A stretch of DNA of 64,000 nucleotides from Bispira polyomma. Taxonomy: Eukaryota. Positions 40,819 through 51,487 of this stretch are shown piece by piece. Position 1 is the stretch's first letter. Each line of letters begins with the position of its first letter. Made by a program: the position numbers and the translations under genes. The stretch spans positions 59,954,001 to 60,018,000 of the forward strand of contig OZ287754.1 in NCBI GenBank assembly GCA_965649765.1. The letters run 5' to 3'. The notes beneath the pieces were generated by a model. It saw only the letters and a list, made by a program, of their open reading frames with translations, made no database searches and was not told the DNA's origin.

Positions 40819-42159
40819 CTAGCATTTGTAACGAGGCAAATACCCAAGGTTACAATGTGCCTCCAAACGTTCAAGACGTTTATCATGCCAACGGAGCCTT
40901 CCAGTATTATTCTGCACCAAACGTGTTGTGTTTGCCATAACATCTTTCACCCTGTACCAGAATGGACTATAGGGATCCTGATAACGTTCAGGCGACTTGC
41001 GGGAACGTTCTTCCCTGGTCATGCTCAGCCTGGCAGCTTTGGAGGGAGTGCCTTCCGCATTGGAGAACAGGTTGTCCAATTCGGAAGACCTCTTCCTCTT
41101 TTTAGGAGTTGTTTTAGAGGGTGGTGATGTTGACCCCTTAGAAGATGAGGGGGAGTTGGGGGAAGGTAGTTGATGCAAACCAAGCCCAGAAGGTCCAGGT
41201 CTGGACAGATCCGGCTCATCCACAACCAGCTCCCCAACCACACCAGGGAGCACCACAGAAGACAGCAATCCTGCCTCTAACCCTGACACCACACGAGATG
41301 GCTTAGGGGGAGACTTGATCACTGCCTTCACCTGCAGAGCAGCCTGGTCCTTCTCTGCAGTCTCCTCCACTTGTAAAGAAGGAGGGGACGTTAGAGAAGG
41401 CCCAACACGAGCCCCTAAACCAACCGATGACAAGGAGTCCTCGAACACCGAGTCACTCAGAGACAGCATAAGAGCCCCTAAATGATCCGATGACGAGTCC
41501 TCCTTGAACACCGACTGATCAAGTGACTCCTGATGGTGTGGGTAGGAATCCAGAGTGGATTCCGCATCTGACACAGACGCAGTGGGGGAGAGAGATGGAA
41601 GAGAAGTGGGGACAACCTCCCTATCCAACCTCACTACCTCACTGCCAGATAAATTTGCCCGAGGTTGTTCAGGTTGTTGTTGCTGTTGAGCCACGACTGG
41701 AGCCACGACTTGAGGTGGGACTGGAGCTGGGACTGGGACTTGAGGTGGGACTGGAGGTGGGACTGGGACTTGAGGTGGGACTGGAGGTGGGACTGGGACT
41801 TGAGGTGGGACTGGAGGTGGGACTGGGACTTGAGGTGGGACTGGAGGTGGGACTGGGACTTGAGGTGGGACTGGAGGTGGGACTGGGACTTGAGGTGGGA
41901 CTGGAGCTGGGACTGGGACTTGAGGTGGGACTGGAGCTGGGACTGGGACTTGAGGTGGGACTGGAGCTGGGACTGGGACTTGAGGTGGGACTGGAGCTGG
42001 GACTGGGACTTGAGGTGGGACTGGAGCTGGAGCTGGGACTGGAGGCGCGACACCAGCCGTGGCACGAGGGGCGACATTGCGGTGATGAGCGGCAACATTG
42101 CGGCGAGGACGGCGATTACCGCCTCGACCGCGCCTACGCGCCGTCGCATTGGCGAGAAG
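40819..42159 (-). CDS. Coding exon 3 (446 aa + stop): Arg-rich patch, 11 Pro/Val 10-aa repeats, polyQ, Ser/acidic disordered region, PKKRKR NLS, C-terminal helix
   Basis: Longest ORF in the window, GC-rich against an AT-rich background. Acceptor gtttctttttcag| at 42160 is in phase 0. The first 18 aa of the track ORF are intronic polypyrimidine sequence. Confidence 0.8.
   Translation of the reverse strand, partial: LLANATARRRGRGGNRRPRRNVAAHHRNVAPRATAGVAPPVPAPAPVPPQVPVPAPVPPQVPVPAPVPPQVPVPAPVPPQVPVPAPVPPQVPVPPPVPPQVPVPPPVPPQVPVPPPVPPQVPVPPPVPPQVPVPPPVPPQVPVPAPVPPQVVAPVVAQQQQQPEQPRANLSGSEVVRLDREVVPTSLPSLSPTASVSDAESTLDSYPHHQESLDQSVFKEDSSSDHLGALMLSLSDSVFEDSLSSVGLGARVGPSLTSPPSLQVEETAEKDQAALQVKAVIKSPPKPSRVVSGLEAGLLSSVVLPGVVGELVVDEPDLSRPGPSGLGLHQLPSPNSPSSSKGSTSPPSKTTPKKRKRSSELDNLFSNAEGTPSKAARLSMTREERSRKSPERYQDPYSPFWYRVKDVMANTTRLVQNNTGRLRWHDKRLERLEAHCNLGYLPRYKC
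41711..42040. repeat. 30-bp coding minisatellite, ~11 copies (PPQVPVP[A/P]PV)
   Basis: Unit tgaggtgggactgga(g/c)tgggactgggact repeated. It explains the overlapping spurious ORFs in other frames. Confidence 0.95.
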
Positions 42160-42685
42160 CTGAAAAAGAAACAAAAGATTCATTAAGTAGAGGTCATCGG
42201 AATACCACCACACACAAACCTTTTTTTTGGTGGCGCAATAAATGAAAACAAAAAAAATTGTATATAATAAAATACATAAGGTAATATATAGTATTTATAC
42301 AATCAGGATATGTGCAGTATGATCTTTTATTATCCAAACTTTTAAAATCCTGTACACAGGATTCTGATTTGGCAAAAAAATAAAGGGTTATGCTGTATAT
42401 ATTGTAATTCTTTTTAAATCTATAAATTAAAAAAACCAAGTTACACAAATTAAAATTGTAACTAAAATTATGTATTCTGGTTTATTACTTTTTAATAGGG
42501 AAAAAACTATTGGTTTAATGTCTATTTTCAACACGTTTGGTGTTGAAAGCGCCAGGACTGTTTTACTAATGGAGGAAATTAAAACAGGGTTGTCAAGGTT
42601 TTTCGTCCTCGGTGCAAAACTCAGCCTACTATCAAGCCCAACTGGCAATCTTTTTCTGAACATACACAATGTCAATCTAACAAGG

Positions 42686-43030
42686 ATGGGTTTTTAAGCA
42701 GCTGTCAACAGCTCAGATCATATTGCAATGGCCAGATTTAATCATGGCAGAAACCAGTGCAGAAGCCACTGTAAACCACTGACGTGTGGCAAACTCCTGA
42801 CAAACTTTCCCATTTGATGAAACAAAACAAGGTGGGAATTTGAATTTGTTAGCTTTTACTTGGTTTTCAACATCATTGGTCATATTGTGATGGCCAGGAT
42901 TAGTGGTGGAGGAAACCAGTGGGGAAAACTTTCTCAAATGGAGGAGTCTGTGGGATTTGATCCACAGAGGTAAGAGACCAGTGATTTGTTAAAAGCAGAT
43001 GCTTCTAACCACCAGGCCACCACCACGGCC
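42686..43030 (-). mobile_element. Two tandem partial tRNA-SINE copies in intron 2 of the orphan gene
   Basis: caacagctcagatcatatt, ggtggaggaaacc, caaactttccc, ttctaaccaccaggccacc. Confidence 0.7.
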
Positions 43031-43176
43031 AGTCCCCAACAAGGTGGGAGGTGAGTGTGTAACTACCACTACACAACTGAAAGACCCCACTCCTCTCTCA
43101 GAGACCTCATCCCTTCCTCAAAGACCACCCCATGCCCCCTGATTTTTCAGAGCACTCCTAAAACTAATAAACTTAC

Positions 43177-43218
43177 CGTTGGATCGAATCCATACACTTG
43201 GAAAGACTTTTTCAGGAT
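43177..43218 (-). CDS. Coding exon 2 (42-nt phase 0-0 exon, ILKKSFQVYGFDPT)
   Basis: Acceptor ttcttcttgttctgtacag| and consensus donor ACG|gtaagt. Keeps the frame between exons 1 and 3. Confidence 0.7.
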
Positions 43219-44243
43219 CTGTACAGAACAAGAAGAACAGCCATGTGTTAGCAGATTATAGTCCTTTATGTGTAGATGTAGACCACATGCGGTGCCAACA
43301 ATTATACTTGCCGAAATAAACTGGCCCTGGGAGTCAAGGGGGTGAACTGTAGAAAAAAGTCTTAAAAGTATTGCGGGTGAAATATATTCTGTAAATATCG
43401 TAGGTAATGTCTTGTGCGCGCAATGTACAGAATTGTGTGTCAACCGCTATATATCGAAACTGAGCTGAGACATGACACTTCATACTACTTCACATAGACC
43501 ACACAATACACATTTAAGAGGTGATGAGCAACATTTATACACAGCACCGTTTGAGACCCATCAAAACATAACTTAGGACGATGCCATACCAAGCCGTGTC
43601 ATTTCTATATGTAATGATGATGTTGCTGTGAAATACTTTGCTGCTAGTTGCAAGAGTATTTCTCCACCACAATGTAAAAATACAGAATAACATTAATACA
43701 AATGCACTATAAAAATGTAAAACAGTCTACAAAAATTATAGTTCAAAGAAAATTGGCTGTTAAAACTCTTCTTATACAGCATCATTCACTACTTGAATTA
43801 AAATGAATGATTAATGTCTGGGTTAGATCGCATTAGTAAAAGGCAAACATTTATGTGCTTAGTGGAGGCCTTGATATCAAAATACATCCCCATGGCTGGT
43901 ATTCTCAAGCATGCTTATTGTTTTATTTTATTTTCCATCAATTGGATTGGCTAGAAACATTTGTTTCAAACAATCTGATTGGCTAAGCTTTAGAAAAAGT
44001 TTTAGAAGAAGCCAAGCCAGTAGTGGTAGTGATTTGATTATTGTATTGGGCGATTTTGTCGGTCATATTAATATTTTGTCACTACACATTTATAGTGGGG
44101 GAGGTTTATATAGACAATCGTGGATTTACCCAAAAACTCTGACCCAAAAGCTACAAACAACTAGGATGATAGCAAACGTGGTAATAATATAAAAATAAAT
44201 TCATATGTAAACCCACAAAACATAGCTTAGATATTAACTGATA

Positions 44244-44420
44244 CAGTTAAACCCCCTTTAAAAGTGGAACTATGATAATGCAATTACCTGTGAAGTAGAA
44301 GTTACTTTTTAAGATCCCACAGCTATATTTCTAATTAATAATTTAACCTGATAAGTAGAATTGTTAAATAAAACAGATTTCGACAGTCCCTTCTAGTTTG
44401 ACTTAAACAGGGTTCCACTG
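44244..44420. mobile_element. pogo-like MITE
   Basis: ta|cagttaaacccc ... agggttccactg|ta. Confidence 0.65.
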
Positions 44421-44594
44421 TATTTATATAGATATATACATTAATTATTAAAGAAAATTTCATTTTCAGTTATTTACTTTATATTTACAGCTTAGGGTCA
44501 TGTCACGATGGGCATTTTAACGACAAACTTTTCACACGTGAAGGAACGAATAGGATGTCGAAAATCCACATATTTTGGCAGGAGGACAGTCATT

Positions 44595-44945
44595 GTGTGA
44601 GGCAGGCACTACTACTAATCATCAGACCATATCAGGCCCCCTTGTGGTATTGTACCGTGTGAAGCAGACACTACTACTAACCATCAGGCCCCCTTGTGGT
44701 ATTGTATCGTGTGAAGCAGACACTACTACTAACCATCAGCCCACATCAGGCCCCCTTGTGGTATTGCACCATGTGAAGCAGGCACTACTAGTAACTATCA
44801 GGCCCCCTTGTGGTATTGTACCGTGTGAAGCAGGCACTACTACTAATCATCAGGCCCCATCAGGCCCCCTTGTGGTTTTGTACCGTGTGAAGCAGACACT
44901 ACTACTAATCATCAGGCCCCATCAGGCCCCCTTGTGGTATTGTAT
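44595..44945. repeat. ~52-62-bp minisatellite, ~6 copies
   Basis: atcaggcccccttgtggtattgtaccgtgtgaagcag(a/g)cactactactaa. Confidence 0.92.
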
Positions 44946-45096
44946 TAATTCAATAGAGACTTAGAAAATATACCACAACAAAAGATTTTATACTGTCCCT
45001 TCTGTTTTTGTATCGGGGGATCAATGTGATGGCTTCTATATATAGAGGGAGTGAGACTGTGGGGCGGGACTCATCAGGCATATACTCTGTACTTAC

Positions 45097-45225
45097 TTCC
45101 ACCAGGAGAGCGGATCGAGACTTGTAGGGGGAACGTCTCGGGTACCTGCTGCCGCCAAAAGTCGCCTGGTCAAAGCTGGCATCGTACCAATGCAAAAGGG
45201 TGAGAAAAGTTATAAAGCCTGCCAT
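45097..45225 (-). CDS. Coding exon 1 of spliced orphan Pro-rich/NLS protein gene (MAGFITFLTLLHWYDASFDQATFGGSRYPRRSPYKSRSALLVE)
   Basis: Minus strand: acceptor gtttttcttagtattgtag| at 45239, strong Kozak acaaccATGG at 45225, donor GAA|gtaagt at 45096. 129 nt, phase 0. Exon including 13-nt UTR is 45097-45238. Confidence 0.75.
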
Positions 45226-45560
45226 GGTTGTCAAAGATCTACAATACTAAGAAAAACAAAACACAAAGTGGCGTCAGTTAAAACAAAAGATGGCAGGAGA
45301 GTTTTACTATACATGAAATGGTGAAAAACATGAGAATATAAGGTAGAATAAAGATAGAATTGAATAAAAGGAATAGAATTGAGACTTGACAACAAAAAAA
45401 AAAAAGACTATTACAAAATAGATCTATGTGTGGAGCTTTCACGGATTTCTGAAAATGACAAAAACCAACCACAACCAAGAAGGCAAAGGAATTTTATACA
45501 GTTTTTGTTTCTTGAAATAAAAAGGGAAGAGTGATGAGATGCACACACACACAAAGTATA

Positions 45561-45836
45561 CAGTAGGAAAAACTCTTATCCAAGCAAGTTTGGGGTGGCT
45601 ACAGGTAAGACACGTCTATATCCCTGAAAAACGGGATTACATATTGGAATTCACTGTTGAAAGCTGTATTAAAAAGAATGGTGTCACAAGTGTGTAGTTG
45701 TATTTCCATGTTGCTGCTAAGGATTTCCACACACACACCTATATTTGAGTTTGAGTGAGTTATTTTAGGCAGGAGTGTATTCTGAGGATACACCAGCCCC
45801 TGAAAAAGTTTGGATAATAAAGAGGTTCTCTACTCT
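45561..45836. mobile_element. pogo-like MITE (degenerate)
   Basis: ta|cagtagg..ctcttatccaa ... ttggataataaagagg..ctact. Confidence 0.5.
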
Positions 45837-45837
45837 A

Positions 45838-46505
45838 TAGTATTATAGTACCTGTTGGATATAGTATTATAGTACCTGTTGGATATAGTATTATAGTACC
45901 TGTTGGATATAGTATTATAGTACCTGTTGGATATAGTATTATAGTACCTGTTGGATATAGTATTATAGTACCTGTTGGATATAGTATTATAGTACCTGTT
46001 GGATATAGTATTATAGTACCTGTTGGATATAGTATTATAGTACCTGTTGGATATAGTATTATAGTACATGTTGGATATAGTATTATAGTACATGTTGGAT
46101 ATAGTATTATAGTACATGTTGGATATAGTATTATAGTACCTGTTGGATATAGTATTATAGTACCTGTTGGATATAGTATTATAGTACCTGTTGGATATAG
46201 TATTATAGTACCTGTTGGATATAGTATTATAGTACCTGTTGGATATAGTATTATAGTACCTGTTGGATATAGTATTATAGTACCTGTTGGATATAGTATT
46301 ATAGTACCTGTTGGATATAGTACTATAGTACCTGTTGGATATAGTACTATAGTACCTGTTGGATATAGTACTATAGTACCTGTTGGATATAGTACTATAG
46401 TACCTGTTGGATATAGTACTATAGTACCTGTTGGATATAGTATTATAGTACGTGTTGGATATAGTATTATAGTACGTGTTGGATATAGTATTATAGTACC
46501 TGTTA
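45838..46505. repeat. 24-bp minisatellite, ~28 copies
   Basis: Unit tattatagtacctgttggatatag with blocks of single-base variants. Confidence 0.97.
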
Positions 46506-46555
46506 CATATAACATCCACTCAAATATCCCCTCCTGCAGTATATACTGCTTGAAT
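46500..46555 (-). other. Candidate 5'UTR exon of the orphan gene
   Basis: Strong acceptor (T-rich tract ending ttcacag|) and weak donor AACAG|gtacta. Contains an in-frame TGA upstream of the 45225 ATG. Confidence 0.5.
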
Positions 46556-47289
46556 CTGTGAAAAAAAAAGAAAGTGAATCAGACGCTATACAATTCAGGC
46601 AATACACAATCTACTTTCTGAAGCAGCACTAGTGCTAGTACAGTGGGTTGTTCTCAAATTAGGAAAAACAGTAGAAAAGCCAGGGTTTAGTGTAACTGAA
46701 AAGTGCTTAAAGTGTTCCAGATAGAGTTATTTTGTTTTTAATCACACTGGGTTCTTTTTGCTAAAGGGGAACATCAGTTTGAGTTTTCATTAAAATATTT
46801 GACTTAAAACTGAACTCTTTAAAGCCATGAATATGAGGCTTGAAAAAACAGGGAAATAATAAAGTTTGGATGGTAATCCTAACAATCCTCATACTAGAAT
46901 AGAGAAGTAGTATTTGCTTGTCTTGTTTTGGGCATAATATATATATATTCGTACGACACTACTATTTTTTTTATAGAAGTTTACTGACTGATGGTCTTTA
47001 ACATGCATTGCAAAATTTATTGTTTTTTGTTACTATTGCCGAGCGAAATTTCAGTGATACAAGCCAGTTGAATTGTCGCACACTTTCTCCAGCCCACACA
47101 CACCCACACTGCTGCAAAATAACCCTCAACGACCCTCTATTGTTTCTCATCCAAAACCCTCCCCAGGGTTTGAACACACACTGTAAAAACAGTTCTGTCA
47201 TTAGTAGGTGCAGCCAGTTGTCTGTGTGGGGAGTCTGTGATGTGTTCATCATACCCACTGGATCTTCAGGGCCTCCATATATCACTTAT

Positions 47290-47591
47290 ACCCTGGATAA
47301 TACCTCCAGGCCGTTATATAAATATGGCGACTGTTTCTGTACACACACACACTGTATATCATATCTCTCCTACCAGACGTTGTTTTCTATCCCAATCGTA
47401 ATTTCTTTTTCGCTTTGATGCAGCATGTAGCTGAAAGGATCCAAACGGCTTTCTTGGTGTTTTTGTGCTTGATAATATACGTCCCATATCTGTGCATCCC
47501 AGCCGCGCCCCTTTTTTTGTCAGCCACTTGTCACACCTTGCGTCAGCAGACACTGTTTCTTGATGCGATCAGCCAGATCATTTCAACAGAC
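47290..47591 (-). other. Candidate upstream non-coding exon (3' boundary uncertain)
   Basis: Acceptor ctttatttttgtag| at 47592, followed by a GC-richer block with stops in all frames. Several weak donors near 47290-47375. Confidence 0.35.
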
Positions 47592-47649
47592 CTACAAAAA
47601 TAAAGAGTACAGTACTGTAGTTGAGTACTATTATGTGCATAAATATATA

Positions 47650-48159
47650 TGTTACACCCAATTCGTGAAATGGGCAATTTTGTAAGTTTTAAGTTACACA
47701 TTTCATAAAATAGGCAATCTTATGAAGAAAAAAATATTTCAAAAAATTATTCAAGTAACAATAAAATGTTTTTCTGCGAAGGAATGCTTTCTATGCAAGG
47801 GAATGTTTACTTTACGTTGTGGAAGTAGTTTCATTTCGTACGTATAAATTATAGAAATGTTAAAATATAATAAAATCTAAAAAAAAACAGGCACATATTT
47901 GAATCACTGTCTGTAGAAAAGTTAAATTTTCGTACATTTACAGTCAAACCCCTTTATGTAGAACTCTGTTAAGTCATTTTCCCTGTTATGGGGACAACTT
48001 TAGACCTTTTTTTAGGCCTTTTCATTTGAAATCTACCGTGTTTCGGGTCCCTTGAGGTTCGACTAAAAGGGGGTCTACTGTACTTGCAATATTGTGAAAT
48101 AAGGAGAGAATTCGTTGCCCATTTCACAAAATGGGCAATTTCATGGATTAGGTGCAACA
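47650..48159. mobile_element. TIR MITE with 8-bp TSD, containing a nested pogo-like MITE
   Basis: tgttacacccaattcgtgaaat / atttcatggattaggtgcaaca. TSD AATATATA on both sides. Confidence 0.7.
47941..48080. mobile_element. pogo-like MITE
   Basis: ta|cagtcaaacccctt ... aagggggtctactg|ta. Confidence 0.7.
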
Positions 48160-48738
48160 AATATATACATTACAGTAGATATGCATGTTTACTGATTTGG
48201 TCAGTAAATACGCATAATCCCTTTAAAATTGGATTTTAGGTCCAGTAAGTTTTACTTTTTTGCAAGTTCTTAATGAATCTATCTATATTTAAGTCACTTT
48301 ATTTAAGCACATTACATTAACAGTTATACTATATTGTCTATCCTAAGTGTATGTCATACTTACAGTCCAATTTATTACACCAATAATAATGTTACAATTA
48401 CTCTTCAAAATCTTTACCCCCAGAAAGTGACTTGAAATAGAGTTGTTCATATGCATGACATTTTCTAATACATCACATGTGATGCGGTATGATAAACTCT
48501 GATAATAAAGGATACCAATAAATTACTTAGATTATTACAGAAAATATGTATAAATGGTGGATAACATTGGTAAGTTCATTATTTTTTTTTTCACAAGATA
48601 AACTAGCAGCACACCAGCTGTTGCATTTAAGCTTAGATTTAAAACACTTTCATCTATTGTTTTAGCACAGATTTTTTTTCATAATTCATTTTCCACTACT
48701 TCTTTAAACTATTATAAATTTAACCGAAGAGATCAATA

Positions 48739-49883
48739 TTATTATTATTATCTTAGATTTTAACGCGCTTTATTGATGCTAGGCATCTTCTAAAGCGCAA
48801 CAGCAGAATCATTAGTCCAATCATTAAGTCCATGGACATTGCAAAGTTGTAAGGAAGGAGGTGGGAGCGTGCACGAGGAAAGCTAAGGTGGGTAGGCAAG
48901 ATTAAAAAGATAGGTTTTAAGCTTTTTCCTAAAACCGATCAGTGTGTCAACTGATCTGAGGTCAACTGGGAGACTGTTCCATAACTGTTGAGCTGCAGTG
49001 GAGAACGCTCTGAAACCCGCCTTTCTGATTGGTCTGACCGAAGTGAGAGTCTGTTGCCTCTCTTGCGGTTACTGAAGGAAAGAAGGGAGGCAAGGTAGGG
49101 TGGCTGTTGAGTGACTACGGCCTTAAAAGTGGTAACGTGAATCTTAAACAAAATTCGAGATTTAATGGGCAGCCAGTGTAATTTTTTGAGGTAAGGAGTG
49201 ACGTCTGTGCGACAACCCAGGCGAAAAATTACCCTTAGCATAGGTAGTTTTGGATGGACTGGAGCTTTTTAATGTGTGACTTGTTTGCTCCGTACAAGAA
49301 GAGAATTGCAGTAGTTGAGGCGGCTAATTACAAGGGCATTTGCCATAGTTATCGCTGTGTCCATGGACAAGTGGTTTCGTATTCTTTTGATGTCGCGTAT
49401 GTGGTAATAGCAGGAGCGACAAATGTTGGCAATATGAGTATCGAACGAAAAAGCTGAATCAAAAGTGATACCCAGGTTTTTAGCATTTTCGAAAGGTAGT
49501 ATGTTTCCCATCTCCCTGCTGGGAAAAGACAAAGATTTTAGGAGTTCACCGTTTTTCTTGTTTCCTATGAGGATGAATTCTGTTTTGTCAGGGTTAAGCT
49601 TTAGTTTGGAGTAGTTCATTCATGCCTGGACATCAGACAGTCTGCAAGTAGGTCTATGTTAGTATTTGCATTTTGTGGATTGAGGGAGAGATAGACTTGA
49701 GTGTCATCTGCATACATGTGATGTTTTATATCGTGTTTATTGATGACAGTGCTGAGAGGATGTGTATAAAGGGTGAAAAGTAGAGGGCCAAGGATGGATC
49801 CCTGGGGTACTCCATATGGTAGCTTTATGGAAGATGATAGATGATCATCTAGTTTAATTCTTTGTGCCCTAAGATACTAAGTA
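48739..49883 (-). mobile_element. 5'-truncated L2/CR1-group LINE (RT C-terminal half + 3'UTR)
   Basis: [64 protein letters not shown]. Ends aataaagcgcgttaaaa plus an (AAT)n tail. Confidence 0.93.
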
Positions 49884-51487
49884 TATGATACTAGATACCC
49901 AGTAAATACATTAAATAATAGATAAGATAAGAATAGAGTGGCCCATGTGGGCCACATCGTCAGCTGTCATGAAGGGGAGGGACTGTAAGTGTGGATAGGT
50001 AGTTGTTTGTTCGTGTGACAGGATTGAATTGTGGCGTGTCAAGGACCTTTGTTTTGTTAAAGAGGGCGAAGGCAAGATTTTAGTTGTGTTGTGAAGTGGG
50101 ATATGAAGTGATGTGGTAGATGGAGATGTAAATGATGTTAGCGGATTATGCGGCGAGTGTTTATTGTTTGTCTAAACATAAGGTTAACGTGTTATGGTCG
50201 GAGAAGGTGCAAGAAATGGTTGAGGGGTGTAGTGGGAGGGGCGAGAAGCAAAATTTGATGAGGGTGACGTAGCAAGATGTTGTGGTAGATTGCTGTTGTG
50301 CTTGGAAGGCGACATTCATACGTTGTAGCAATGTTTTATTTTGTGGTGATTGTATATTGATGTTGAAATCACCAAGGACAATGTACCTGTTAGTATTGTA
50401 AGACCGAAGGGGGGGTTGTATTTGTTGTGTAAATTTTTTATGTCAGGTGTGGTACAGTTATTTGCTACAGTAATTTTACAGTATGAGAACAATGACAATT
50501 GGAGTAGAAGGTAGTTGTTGTAATTGTACAATCCTGTATTAAAATGTTGGGGTGTTGAAATGATCATGGGACAACGCTATGCATAAATTCAGTATATAAA
50601 TGATTAATCCATGCGGAGGTCTAGTTGTGTGGCGATGATGGGTTTAGTTGTTTCTGATGCATGTAAAATGGTCGATGTGGTATGATTGTGGGTCGGGAGG
50701 TTGAAGTCTGGATTCACATATGGTAATGATGTCAGCGTCAGTGGAGATGATAAATGATGCTTTAAAGACTGTTCAAGTGAGTTATTTTGCACTGATAGTT
50801 TTGGTGAAATAGGTAAACAAATGAGAATTGGTGAGGTTTGAAGTTCCATGTCCTTGGATGTCAGGTAAACAAATGAGAATTGGTGATGTTTGAAGTTCCA
50901 TGTCCTTGGGTGTCAAAGGAACATTCTTGTCTCCTATTGGTGTACTCTGTAATGGTGACTTTATGGAACCATCGGTGAATGTAACCTCTTTATTCACCTG
51001 TATTGAGTGATTTGTCTATTTTAGAATGAGGACAGTTGGATTAAACCCACAGACACTACAAATAACATTCAGATCCAGCAGTTGCTCCTTAAATTTACTG
51101 TCAACTGATTCAACTTCATAGACTTGCATTGCACATTCACAGTGTGCATTGTATTATGTTGCTCATTGCATGTTTGAAGATACTGGATAAACAGCATGAA
51201 CAAAAATAATATCCACATTTTTTTTTCAGGAATTGATAGTTATTTGTCATGGGCTCTTCCACACAGAATAGATATTTAAATATATCCTTTTGAGAATCCA
51301 TTGTTTATTACTTAAATGTTGCAACAAAAAACACTTAATATCAGTTAATAATCTTTGCTTGTTACACCTGTTATGTTTTTACAAAACTTAAAGATTTGAG
51401 TGATTTATAAACACCCTCCTTGGCTGGAAATAGCTATATGTTATATCTCTGTTGTACACATTTTAATATAATGAAATAGATGAATTT

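Noticed and set aside
41523-42245. Overlapping ORFs (LEVGLG, WDWDLR, SQSHLQ repeats)
   Set aside because: Alternative frames of the 30-bp coding repeat. Only the Pro-rich frame extends through unique sequence and joins spliced exons.
44595-44945. CRISPR-like appearance of regularly spaced repeats (also 21775-22205, 63008-63349)
   Set aside because: Head-to-tail units without unique spacers, no cas genes, eukaryotic context.
45830-46519. 229-aa and 226-aa ORFs (NRYYNTIS / TGTIILYP repeats)
   Set aside because: By-products of a stop-free 24-bp minisatellite in an intron, with no unique coding flanks.
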